A program made the translations under genes and the position numbers. A DNA stretch of 64,000 bases from a candidate division FCPU426 bacterium (GTDB lineage Bacteria > Oederibacteriota > Muellerivitia > Muellerivitales > Muellerivitaceae): assembly GCA_963847625.1 (NCBI GenBank), contig CAWKAR010000025.1, positions 1 to 64,000 on the forward strand, in the 5' to 3' direction. The notes below the pieces were generated by a model. It had not been told where the DNA came from. It worked only from the letters and a program-made list of their open reading frames with translations, and searched no databases. Each line of letters begins with the position of its first letter. The stretch's first letter is position 1. Positions 1-12,700 of the stretch are shown here, in pieces.

Positions 1-3000
1 ATCACCTGCACCGCGCTTGGATGGATCACGCTGGGAATCGGGCTGTATACCGAAACCCGGTTGGCCATCGAATCCGCCACGATCAGGTCGTTCCCCGCCT
101 GGAATACCCCTTCCGGCCGGTACAATGAACCCGCGTTCACCGGTGACGTGGCGTTCAACGTCAGCGCCGCTTGGCCCACCACAAAGTTCGCCGACTGGTT
201 CGTCGTCAGACTGCATCCTCCGCATCCCGGCACCGGCGTCGCCGTCGGAGGAGGTGTCACCGTGGGCGTCGGGCTGTTCGTCGGCGTCCATGTGCAGGTG
301 TCCGTCGCCGTGGGAACCGGTGTTCTCGTATACGTCGGCGTCGGAGTGGAAGTCGGCGTCTTCGTCACCGTCGTCGTCGATGTCTGCGTCGCCGTGAATG
401 TCTCCGTGGCCGTGTTACTCGCCGTATAAGTGTTCGTCGGCGTCTTCGTCGCCGTCGTGGTCGATGTCTGCGTGGTCGTGAACGTCTCCGTGGGGGTCGA
501 AGTCGAAGTCGGCGTGTTACTCGTCGTATAAGTGTTCGTCGGCGTCTTCGTGTTCGTCGGAGTCAGCGTATCAGTCTCCCCCGGCGTGTTCGTCAAAGTC
601 GGCGTCGGCGTATCCGTCCTCGTGGATGTCTGCGTGGGCGTGTACTCGCCGTATAAGTGTTCGTCTGCGTCCTTGTGCTTGTCTGCGTATAGGTGGAAGT
701 CTGCGTCGAGGTCGGCGTTTGTGTGTTCGTTTCGGTCGGCGTATAGCTGGGCGTCGCCGTGTTTGTCTGGGTCGGCGTCGCCGTATCCGTCCTCGTGAAA
801 GTCTGCGTGGGGCTGCTCGTCGCTGTGTACGTATTCGTCACTGTCGCTGTGTTGCTCGGCGTATTCGTGGCCGTCACCGTCGGAGTGTTCGTCCGCGTCG
901 GGCTGTCCGTGGGGGTGGAAGTCGGCGACTGCGTCCCCGTGGGCGTCAACGTCACCGTCGGCGTATGTGTCCTCGTATTGGTCACCGTTGGGCTGGGCGT
1001 CGCCGTGGAGGTGTTCGTCGCCGTGTTCGTCACCGTACTTGTCGGCGTATTCGTCCTCGTGTTCGTCGGTGTATATGTGTTTGTCCACGTGTTGGTCGAA
1101 GTTGGCGTGTTGCTCGCCGTATAGGTGTTCGTCACCGTGCTCGTCGGCGTATTCGTCCTCGTGGGAGTCGGGGTCGGGGTGTTGGTCGGCGTATTCGTGT
1201 TCGTCGCCGTCGGAGTGTTCGTCCGCGTCGGGCTGTCCGTGGAGGTGGAAGTCGGCGACTGCGTCCCCGTGGGCGTCGATGTCACCGTCGGCGTATTCGT
1301 GGCCGTCACTGTCGGAGTGTTCGTCCGCGTGTTGGTCGAAGTCGGCGTGTTGCTGGGGGTTGGCGTGCTGCTCGCCGTATAGGTGTTCGTCACCGTGTTC
1401 GTCGCCGTATTGGTCTGACTGGGTGTCGGAGTCGGGGTGTTGGTCGCCGTACTCGTGTTCGTCACCGTCGGAGTGTTCGTCCGCGTCGGGCTGTTCGTGG
1501 GGGTGTTCGTCGGCGACTGCGTCCCCGTGGGCGTCAATGTCACCGTGTTCGTCACCGTTGGGCTGGGTGTCGCCGTGGAGGTGTTCGTCGCCGTGTTTGT
1601 CGCCGTGTTCGTCGGCGTATTCGTCCTAGTAGGCGTCGGAGTCGGGGTGTTGGTCGGCGTATTCGTCAGCGTGGGTGTATTAGTATTCGTGGGTGTCGGT
1701 GAATTGGTCCTCGTGGACGTCGGGGTCGGGGTGTTGGTCGCCGTACTTGTCGGCGTGGGTGTATTGGTATTCGTGGGTGTCGGGGTATTAGTCCTCGTGG
1801 GCGTCGAAGTCAGGGTATTGGTTGCCGTACTTGTGGGTGTTGGCGTGTAGGTATTGATCACCGTGTTCGTCGGCGTATTCGTCCTAGTAGAAGTCGGGGT
1901 CGGGGTGTTGGTCGGCGTACTTGTCGGGGTTGGCGTAAGTGTCGACGTATAAGTATTCGTCACCGTGTTCGTCGCAGTATTCGTCCTCGTATTCGTCGCC
2001 GTAGGGGTGGAAGTCGGGGTATTGGTCTGAGTCGGCGTATTGGTGCGGGTAGGCGTATTCGTGGATGTGTTGGTGGGTGATTGTGTCCCGGTGGGCGTCA
2101 ATGTCACCGTATTCGTCACCGTCGGCGTTGGGGTATTCGTGCGCGTCGGGGTCGGGGTCGGGGTATTCGTAGGCGTTGGGGTGTTCGTTGATGTGTACGT
2201 GTTCGTCGCAGTAGAAGTCGGCGTATTGGTCCTCGTGGGTGTCGGGGTCGGGGTGTTGGTCGCAGTACTTGTGGGCGTGGGTGTATTGGTATTCGTGGGT
2301 GTCGGTGAATTGGTCCTCGTGGGTGTCGGGGTCGGGGTGTTGGTCGCAGTACTTGTGGGCGTGGGTGTATTGGTGTTCGTGGGTGTGGGCGAATTGGTCC
2401 TCGTGGGTGTCGGGGTCGGGGTGTTGGTCGCAGTACTTGTCGGTGTGGGTGTATTGGTATTCGTGGGTGTCGGTGAATTGGTCCTAGTGGGTGTCGGGGT
2501 CGGGGTGTTGGTCGCAGTACTTGTGGGTGTGGGTGTATTGGTATTCGTGGGTGTGGGCGAATTGGTCCTCGTGGGTGTCGGGGTCGGGGTGTTGGTCGCC
2601 GTACTTGTCGGTGTGGGTGTATTGGTATTCGTGGGTGTCGGTGAATTGGTCCTAGTGGGTGTCGGGGTCGGGGTGTTGGTCGCAGTACTTGTGGGCGTGG
2701 GTGTATTGGTATTCGTGGGTGTGGGCGAATTGGTCCTCGTGGGTGTCGGGGTCGGGGTATTGGTCGCAGTCGGGGAAGATGTCGGGGTGTTGGTGCTCGT
2801 GACTGTATTCGTGCGCGTGAGTGTCGATGTGAGTGTAGGCGAGGGCGTAGGCGTATAAGTGTTCGTCACAGTATTCGTCGGAGAATTGGTCCTAGTGGGT
2901 GTCGGGGTGTTGGTCGGGCTAGGAGAAGGTGTCGGGGTATTGGTGTTCGTGGCTGTATTCGTGCGCGTGGGTGTTGGCGTGGGCGTTGGCGAGGGCGTAG

Positions 3001-6000
3001 GCGTATAAGTGTTCGTCACAGTATTTGTCGGAGTATTGGTCCTAGTAGGTGTCGGGGTGGAGGAAGGTGTTGGAGTGTTGGTGTTCGTGACTGTATTCGT
3101 GCGCGTGAGTGTCGGCGAGGGTGTCGGAGTAGGAGAAGGCGTGGATGTAGAGGTATTAGTGGGTACGCTGGTGCCGGTCGTATTGGTCGGGGTTGGGACG
3201 GGAGTATTGACAATGGTAAAAGGCGCACTGGCCGTGACGGGGGAGTCAACGGATGTCGCGGCGGAGGCTGTGTTGGTGACCGGGTACGGATAGGAAGATT
3301 GGGATTTGGCGGTCACCCAGATCTTCAAGGTGACGGACTGGCCCGCGGAGACGTCGGCGATGGTCCAAGTGACCGTTCCGCCGCTGTAAGTCCCTGTCAC
3401 CGCGGTATCGGCCGTATTCCCCCCCAGTTCACGGCACTGGGAAGGACGTCAGTTACGGTCACGCCGGGGAAATCCCGGCCCGCCACCGGCCCGTTCCCGT
3501 AAATACGCCGCCAAACGGAGCCGTCCCACTCCTCCACCAGCACCTGGGTATAAAGCGTTGTGGTCGTTTGAGTGCCGTAGGGGTCGAATTGGCTTACCGG
3601 CACACTGGTTCCGTCGCCGGCGGTCCAGTCCGGTGAAACGGGCAAGGGATAGGGGCCCTGTCCCGAGATGGTAGCAGGAGCATAACCTCCTCCCATCCAG
3701 GACCAGGCTTTGACGGCGATAGGTCCTCCGGCCCACATGGTAGCGGGCCTCATGTTATCCACGTTATTCCCGGGCCAGACATCGAAATTCAAAACCGGAA
3801 TGTTGGAACTCAGGTCACCGTACTGCATGTTGCCGCCAACGTTGCCGCTTTCCCTTTGGACATACCAGAGGTTCGGAATTCCAGCTGTGGTGCCGTAAAA
3901 AGTCGGGAAAAGGGGGCTCGACACGGTCGTATCGAACCACCGGAAGACATACCTCTGGTTCCAGGCGCCGTAGGTGGGATCGGTGCCTGCCACGACAGGC
4001 AGTTCGGTGAGCGAGTCGGGAATACCGATGGTGTTGGGAATGGGAGGCACGGTGAAATCCGCCACCGTACGTGCATTATTATTCCCGTAGGTATTGCTGT
4101 TGTGGGTGGCCATGATAATATTGGTTTGCTGGGTGATCGGCAGGCCTGTCCCGTTGTAGGGTGTTCCATAGGTTGGGTCGTAAAAGAAGAAAGACCAGCG
4201 GTAGTTGGCGGGATTGACTAGGGGCTCGTAGGCCTCGGACCTCAGCTGGGACCAGAACCCCATGTAACCCCAGGACTCCGTAACGGCGGCAAAACCTGGG
4301 TACACCTTGGGCCGGCCGCCGTTCAACCAGTAGTTGGCACCCGATAGGCTGCTTACGACAATAGAGAAAGTGGTAGTGCCGTTGGGATTCACGAGAGTCG
4401 GGTTGACTGATTTGGCGATGGTGAGGCTGCGCGAGATGACATCCACGCAGTTTCGCTTGAAGATCATGGAGATTTCGTTGGGATATTGGTTGGTGGTCCA
4501 ATGCAGGGTGCTTCCCACATAGATTTGGGCTGTGTTGCAAATGCGCCCGTTCGCGGCAGCGGGGTTGATCTGAACCACCAAAGTGACGGCGCCCATGGTG
4601 GAACTCTTGTTGGTGCCCCCGCCCGCGGTGTTCTGCAGGCCCGGCACTGTTCCGATGTTCCATTTCACCGTGCCGGTAGACCCCACCGCCGGGGCGCTGG
4701 CGGCCGCCGGGCTGGAGGAAAGGTAAAAGAGGGTGGCGGGCAGGGCGTCTGAGATGGTCACTGCGCTCGCGGCGGCCGCGCCGTAATTGCGGTAGGAAAG
4801 CGTGTATGTGAGGGTGTCGCCCGCATAGGCGAAGGTTTTGTTGACCGACTTGTAGACCTTCATATTGGGCTGTGCGACCATGTTGCAGGGGTTATTGAAG
4901 CATCCGGCCAGGGTGAAAAGCCCGATCCAACGGTAAAACTCATGGAAATACTTGGGTTCTCCGTAGGTACCATCCGCAGCCGGTGTCACAAAATCCCAGT
5001 TCAGGTAGTTTTCACGCCATAAATCTTTCATCAATTCCGACTGGGTTCCGGTCTTACCAATGAGAGTGTCCAGGTTGTCGGCTGCGCAAGCCGCCATGGC
5101 GGCGGGACCAAGAATGGTCGGAATGTGCCAGGTACTAACCCCGTCGTTGGCCCAAATGCCGGCAGTGGTTTCACCCGAGGCGTCCATTTCGCAAGTACCC
5201 CAATAAGCGAGCCCATAGTTGGGGATGTTCGGAGGGTTTCCTACCGCGACGCCGTTCCAGGCGACCTGGGAATACTTGGACAGGAAAATTTGTTCCATGT
5301 TGGTGGCGGGTGAGGTATTCAAGACCACATGGTTGGCGGGATCCCAGGAATTGGGCGGCAAACCGTACCAAAGGTAATCCAAGGAGTTGCGGTAGGGCAT
5401 CCGGATGCCTTCCGCGGATGGACCCCAACTGGCCCCGTAAAAAGTGACGTTCCCGGTCGCGTCGACGTCGAAACCATCCGGGCCGACGGGAAAGGGAGTG
5501 ACCTGGGTGTTCAATTTGGAAACGATGTACTCGCTGGACACAGCCGCCCTCAGGAACTGGCTTCCCACCTGGGTGTTCCCCTGGGCCTCCATGATGGAAG
5601 AGAAGCACCGGTAATAACCCGGCGCCAGGTAGTCCGTAGCGCAATTCCCTTGAAACGTGCCGTAACCTCCTGGACTGCAAGAACCGAAGTAGGGGGGATA
5701 AGGAGCCACGCCCGCCGCATCCCACGTCGTGCTATCCCGGGACGTATTCCCGCCTTTCATGTATCCGTCGAACCCGACCTCGGCCGAATCATAATCTTTA
5801 CCGCTGGGATCTCCTGAGTCCTGCCTCCAGGCGGTCATGGCCGTGGCGTAATTGATGAATTCCTGTTGGTAGCTGATGGCGGCGCCGGCGGCCGTTTGGT
5901 AGCCGGAGTTGGCGCCCCATTGCTTCCAGGCGATCAAGAGGGCCATGCAGATATCCTCATCGCCGTCCGTCGCGCCTCCCTGCCCCGCTGTGGAATGGTT

Positions 6001-6543
6001 CCAAGCCACCAGGCCCGGCATCTGGCAGCTGGCCGTGCCCCAGCCGGTCAATTGAGCCGTACCCGGGTTCGTCTCGTAGCTGATAGCTTGCACAATCCGG
6101 CTGTGGATGTGGATCCAGAGGCCATCGAAAGTATCCTTGTCGGCCATGAGGGCGGCCATGAGAAGGGCGTAGCCGTCGCCTTCCGAACAACCCGGAAGGG
6201 TATCCGCACCGCATCCTGTGGTAGTCATGACCAAGCGATGGGGCAGGCCAGTGGGAGTCCATCCGCTTATCGATTGGAGCCTGTGCATGCCTTCGATATA
6301 AGCCTGCGTCACGGCCCCTTCCATCTCGGCGTGAGGCACACCGTCTGCGTTGGTGGTGGCTAAAGATTTCCCGTATTGGTATTCCAGAAACTGGGGAAAG
6401 GGCCAATTAGGCGATTGCGGCATGACCGTCCCGCTGTTGATGTTGGCACCGGTCACCGGAAAAGTGGCCCAGCAAACGTTATAAGCGGCAAACCCAAAAA
6501 GAATCGAAAAAAGGAATAATTTATATGTTTGAAAGCGCTTCAC
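1..6543 (-). CDS. Giant secreted GH8 glycoside hydrolase, paralog A (GH8 + DUF11 + CBM3-like + Thr/Pro linker + start of NHL propeller); split by two 1-bp frameshifts and runs off the window
   Basis: ORF 3397-6543 has a signal peptide and the GH8 motifs SEGDGYALL and [23 protein letters not shown] 593-3400 continues it if one G is added to the G7 run at 3419-3425. Bases 1-643 match paralog B 8077-8720 apart from one missing T at about 643 and one substitution at 52. Confidence 0.85.
2233..2760. repeat. Tandem array of six 84-bp units (28 aa, [28 protein letters not shown]) in the paralog A linker
   Basis: GAATTGGTCC recurs at 2307, 2391, 2475, 2559, 2643 and 2727 (84-bp period). Confidence 0.95.
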
Positions 6544-6794
6544 TGTTTCCTCAAAATTCCTTAAATTTTTTTATTTTCTCGTTTATTATCGGCTGACTTG
6601 TCATCCCACTCCAAACTTGGGACGGGTTGAATAGCCAATACCCTTGCCGGATGCTCTTCTTATAAGTTTATCGCAATTACCTGGGACTTACAAAATCAAA
6701 CCGGAAATGCTGATTAAAACGCTTCCGAAGCCCCATTTTATCGAGAAACTCCGCAAATCTTTCTGCCTTTATAACCTCCGAAATGCCTTTATTT

Positions 6795-9700
6795 TTAATG
6801 AAGGACTAAAATTTTGCCCGTCTTGCGGGCAATGCCATTTCCTCCCTCGGCTTGCAACGCGTAGACATAGAGCCCGCTGGCTACCGCCTCCCCCCCCTGG
6901 TTCCTCACTCCCCACGCCAGCTTGTTGGCACCCGCGTTCCCTTCCACTCCCTTCTCGTACACCAACTCCCCTGTGACCGTGTAAATCCTCAATGTCACTT
7001 TCGCCGCCTGCCCCAGGCTGTACCGGATTTCCACCGTCCCCCCGCCCCTGGAGATGTTCGGCCCCGCCACCACACTCCCCAACATCGCCCCCGTCACCGG
7101 GGGAGTCGGGGTTGTCTCCTTCATCACCACCTCTTTCACATTTGACGACGCACCTGTCCCGGCCGCGCATTGGAACGCCATCAACCGGTCTTCATTGAGA
7201 TCCGTCACGTACAACATCCCCCCCACCGCTTGCAGATTCCATGGGTTGATAAAATCATTGGCCTTCGTGGTCGTTGACGACGTATTAGTAATCATGTTCG
7301 CCTGTCCCAATACCCCTACCGCCGGCGGATTAGCCGTCCCTGTGGGAATTTGATTGTAAATCAATACCCTGTCGTTTCCCGTGTCCGAGATATATAGCTG
7401 GCAATTCACTCCGCATACTCCCATGGGCCCGCTCAGTTGAGTCGCCGAACATCCTTTTGCGCTCGTGGTGTAGCTTACTTGACCCACCACCGCGTCCGCC
7501 GGCGGGTTGTTCCCCGCCAGACTGTCTATCCCGTTACCTCCGTTGTTATAAATCAGTATCCGGTTGTTCCCTGCGTCCGCCACGTATAGGTTCCCGCTAT
7601 CCACCCACAATCCCCTCGGTGTCACCAGCCCTTGCGATGTCGCGCTGGTCAGCCCTCCATCCCCGGTTTGGCTCGTGAAATTCGACTGCCCGATCACTTC
7701 ATCCGCGCTCGCCCCATTCGCCGATGGCAGCGAGTTGTATACCAATATCCGGTTGTTGTCCATGTCCGATATGAACAGTCTCTGCCCGTCATAAAATACC
7801 CCGTCCGGCGCGTATAGCGTGTTCGCTCCCGGCGTCGTCGTCACCCCGCGGTTCGCCTTGCTGCTCACCATGTCCGCCTGCCCGATCACCACGTCTGCCG
7901 ATCCGTTCGTCACCGCCAGTGAACCGATATTGCTGTAAATCAATACCCGGTTGTTCCCTTCGTCCGCCACGATCAGCATGGTCCCGTCGCTCCATATCCC
8001 CAACGGCAAATACAAGGTATTCGAATTCACCGAAACACCCTGGTTCGTCACGCTTCCCGTGAACGTCGACTGCCCGATCACCTGCACCGCGCTTGGATGG
8101 ATCACGCTGGGAATCGGGCTGTATACCAAAACCCGGTTGGCCATCGAATCCGCCACGATCAGGTCGTTCCCCGCCTGGAATACCCCTTCCGGCCGGTACA
8201 ATGAACCCGCGTTCACCGGTGACGTGGCGTTCAACGTCAGCGCCGCTTGGCCCACCACAAAGTTCGCCGACTGGTTCGTCGTCAGACTGCATCCTCCGCA
8301 TCCCGGCACCGGCGTCGCCGTCGGAGGAGGTGTCACCGTGGGCGTCGGGCTGTTCGTCGGCGTCCATGTGCAGGTGTCCGTCGCCGTGGGAACCGGTGTT
8401 CTCGTATACGTCGGCGTCGGAGTGGAAGTCGGCGTCTTCGTCACCGTCGTCGTCGATGTCTGCGTCGCCGTGAATGTCTCCGTGGCCGTGTTACTCGCCG
8501 TATAAGTGTTCGTCGGCGTCTTCGTCGCCGTCGTGGTCGATGTCTGCGTGGTCGTGAACGTCTCCGTGGGGGTCGAAGTCGAAGTCGGCGTGTTACTCGT
8601 CGTATAAGTGTTCGTCGGCGTCTTCGTGTTCGTCGGAGTCAGCGTATCAGTCTCCCCCGGCGTGTTCGTCAAAGTCGGCGTCGGCGTATCCGTCCTCGTG
8701 GATGTCTGCGTGGGCGTGTTACTCGCCGTATAAGTGTTCGTCTGCGTCCTTGTGCTTGTCTGCGTATAGGTGGAAGTCTGCGTCGAGGTCGGCGTTTGTG
8801 TGTTCGTTTCGGTCGGCGTATAGCTGGGCGTCGCCGTGTTTGTCTGGGTCGGCGTCGCCGTATCCGTCCTCGTGAAAGTCTGCGTGGGGCTGCTCGTCGC
8901 TATGTACGTATTCGTCACTGTCGCTGTGTTGCTCGGCGTATTCGTGGCCGTCACCGTCGGAGTGTTCGTCCGCGTCGGGCTGTCCGTGGGGGTGGAAGTC
9001 GGCGACTGCGTCCCCGTGGGCGTCAACGTCACCGTCGGCGTATGTGTCCTCGTATTGGTCACCGTTGGGCTGGGCGTCGCCGTGGAGGTGTTCGTCGCCG
9101 TGTTCGTCACCGTACTTGTCGGCGTATTCGTCCTCGTGTTCGTCGGTGTATATGTGTTTGTCCACGTGTTGGTCGAAGTTGGCGTGTTGCTCGCCGTATA
9201 GGTGTTCGTCACCGTGCTCGTCGGCGTATTCGTCCTCGTGGGAGTCGGGGTCGGGGTGTTGGTCGGCGTATTCGTGTTCGTCGCCGTCGGAGTGTTCGTC
9301 CGCGTCGGGCTGTCCGTGGAGGTGGAAGTCGGCGACTGCGTCCCCGTGGGCGTCAATGTCACCGTCGGCGTATTCGTGGCCGTCACTGTCGGAGTGTTCG
9401 TCCGCGTGTTGGTCGAAGTCGGCGTGTTGCTGGGGGTTGGCGTGCTGCTCGCCGTATAGGTGTTCGTCACCGTGTTCGTCGCCGTATTGGTCCGACTGGG
9501 TGTCGGAGTCGGGGTGTTGGTCGCCGTACTCGTGTTCGTCACCGTCGGAGTGTTCGTCCGCGTCGGGCTGTTCGTGGGGGTGTTCGTCGGCGACTGCGTC
9601 CCCGTGGGCGTCAATGTCACCGTGTTCGTCACCGTTGGGCTGGGTGTCGCCGTGGAGGTGTTCGTCGCCGTGTTTGTCGCCGTGTTCGTCGGCGTATTCG

Positions 9701-12700
9701 TCCTAGTAGAAGTCGGGGTCGGGGTGTTGGTCGGCGTATTCGTCAGCGTGGGTGTATTAGTATTCGTGGGTGTCGGTGAATTGGTCCTCGTGGACGTCGG
9801 GGTCGGGGTGTTGGTCGGCGTATTCGTCAGCGTGGGTGTATTAGTATTCGTGGGTGTCGGTGAATTGGTCCTCGTGGACGTCGGGGTCGGGGTGTTGGTC
9901 GGCGTATTCGTCAGCGTGGGTGTATTAGTATTCGTGGGTGTCGGTGAATTGGTCCTCGTGGACGTCGGGGTCGGGGTGTTGGTCGCCGTACTTGTCGGCG
10001 TGGGTGTATTGGAATTCGTGGGTGTCGGGGTATTAGTCCTCGTGGGCGTCGAAGTCAGGGTATTGGTTGCCGTACTTGTGGGTGTTGGCGTGTAGGTATT
10101 GATCACCGTGTTCGTCGGCGTATTCGTCCTAGTAGAAGTCGGGGTCGGGGTGTTGGTCGCAGTACTTGTCGGGGTTGGCGTAAGTGTCGACGTATAAGTA
10201 TTCGTCACCGTGTTCGTCGCAGTATTCGTCCTCGTATTCGTCGCCGTAGGGGTGGAAGTCGGGGTATTGGTCTGAGTCGGCGTATTGGTGCGGGTAGGCG
10301 TATTCGTGGATGTGTTGGTGGGTGATTGTGTCCCGGTGGGCGTCAATGTCACCGTATTCGTCACCGTCGGCGTTGGGGTATTCGTGCGCGTCGGGGTCGG
10401 GGTCGGGGTATTCGTAGGCGTTGGGGTGTTCGTTGATGTGTACGTGTTCGTCGCAGTAGAAGTCGGCGAATTGGTCCTCGTGGGTGTCGGGGTCGGGGTG
10501 TTGGTCGCAGTACTTGTGGGTGTGGGTGTATTGGTATTCGTGGGTGTGGGCGAATTGGTCCTCGTGGGTGTCGGGGTCGGGGTGTTGGTCGCCGTACTTG
10601 TCGGTGTGGGTGTATTGGTATTCGTGGGTGTGGGTGAATTGGTCCTAGTGGGTGTCGGGGTCGGGGTATTGGTCGCAGTCGGGGAAGATGTCGGGGTGTT
10701 GGTGCTCGTGGCTGTATTCGTGCGCGTGAGTGTCGATGTGAGTGTAGGCGAGGGCGTAGGCGTATAAGTGTTCGTCACAGTATTCGTCGGAGAATTGGTC
10801 CTAGTGGGTGTCGGGGTGTTGGTCGGGCTAGGAGAAGGTGTCGGGGTATTGGTGTTCGTGGCTGTATTCGTGCGCGTGGGTGTTGGCGTGGGCGTTGGCG
10901 AGGGCGTAGGCGTATAAGTGTTCGTCACAGTATTTGTCGGAGTATTGGTCCTAGTAGGTGTCGGGGTCGGGGTGTTGGTCGGGCTAGGAGAAGGTGTCGG
11001 GGTATTGGTGTTCGTGACTGTATTCGTGCGCGTGAGTGTTGACGTGGACGTTGGCGAGGGAGTCGGTGTGGAAGTCGAGGATACAGTTGGAGTCGACGTG
11101 GGTGAGCGGGTAGGTGTCGCAGTGGCGACAGGCGCACCGCTGACAGTCACATAGGCGGTAAGGGAGTTCTCTGGCGAGCGATCCCCCGCCGACATGGTCC
11201 CGATGTTTGGAATCACGGTGCCAGATGTCGCACTGCCGCTGACCTGGACCACAAAGGTTTCCGTCACGCTGGCCCCAATCGCCATGTTGCCGGCGCTGAA
11301 GCTGACCACGCCGCCGGTGTCGGTGCCGCCGCTGACATAAGTCATATTAGCCGGGATCGTGTCGTAGATGGTCACGCTGCCTGCATAGTCGGCCAAGAGA
11401 GAAAAGTTTGTGAAAATCTCACCCGTCGCCTGGCCGTAAAGGCCGAAGTTACCGGGCCCGGCCAGGGAGGAATCAGTGACACTCAAGTCAAGGTTGTAAG
11501 GTCCCCCATTGGTGGAAACGTAAACTTGGATGGAACTGCCGTTTAAGACCACCTGCACGTTGATGGGTCCTGTCGTGCCCGAAGTCCCGTTATTCGGACC
11601 GACAAAAGATCCAGTTCCGATGGTGGTGAAGGAAGAGCCTGCGTTGGTGGTATACAGCAGATCAACCGTCGCGGCGTTGGGATAAGTGTTCCCGTTGATA
11701 AAGACGTAATAAAAGCTGTTCCCGGACTGCCGTAAAATGGCCCCTCCGGGCTGGGAAGAGGGCTCATAGAGAGTGAAACTCAAAGTTCCATTGGTTCCAT
11801 AGGCCCCGGTTTTGACGATGCCGCTGTTACCCCATGCGTTAAGGGTGACGGCGCCGTTCCCGTTCCCCGGAACCCAATCCGAGAGCGGGAGGGTACCCGC
11901 CACGGTCACCCAACCGCTGAGGGTGGTCCCCGGGAAAGTTTCGGCGGAAGCCCCGGAATTCTTGTTGGTGTAGACCAGGGTATAGGTCACGTTCCCTCCC
12001 GGATTAACCGTGGTGGGGTTGGCGCTCTTAGTGATCTCCGCCGGAGTGGGTGTGGGGGTCGGAATCGGCGTGCAGGCCACCGTGATGGTCACGGTATTGG
12101 AGGTGGCGGTCTTTTCCACCCCAAGCGGGTCGCTCAAGGTCGCCACGTTGGGGATAGTCGTGCAGGCGGCCACGCTGCTTTTCACGATGGCGCAATAGGT
12201 CACGGTGCCCGACTCAGTGGCCATTAAATCAGGCCAGACCCAGGAAATGGCGTTCCCGTTCACGCCGGTCACGGCGTCACAGGGAGGATTGATGAATCCG
12301 CAGAAGGTGAAGTTGGAGTTCAGCGTGTCCGCCAGGACCGCTTTAAGCACATCCCGGCCGTAATAAGGGGCATTGCCCGCCACAGCGCGCCAGACCGTCC
12401 CGTCCCATTCCTCCACCAACATGCTGGTGACGGCCGCCGTGCCGGGGCCGTTGTTGGGGTCCGCGTATCCCGCGGGGTCGCTGGTATTGGTCTTGATGTG
12501 GACCGTGGACGCTTCGCTGACGTAGCTGTAGTCATCGGTTACGTTTATGGTGCCGGCTTGACGGGACCAGTTGATGTAGGTCTGTACCTGGCCTCCATCC
12601 CCGTTCCACTGCTGGATGAGGTAGCGGTCCACGAGCAGGCTTGAGGGCATGTTGGGGATGGTGACGCCACCGTTCCATTTCATGACCAGCTTTTGGTTCC

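Noticed and set aside
2233..2760. 84-bp periodic array as a possible CRISPR
   Set aside because: No unique spacers; in-frame coding repeat; no cas genes.
1..3058. Duplication as a pure misassembly
   Set aside because: The copies differ by several SNPs and reciprocal repeat counts, and each joins a different upstream gene in a sensible reading frame. Read-level confirmation is still advisable.
17..3293. Many plus-strand ORFs rich in V/G, R or S (also at 7951-11154)
   Set aside because: Antisense and alternate-frame shadows of the Thr/Pro linker codons; no independent coding signal.
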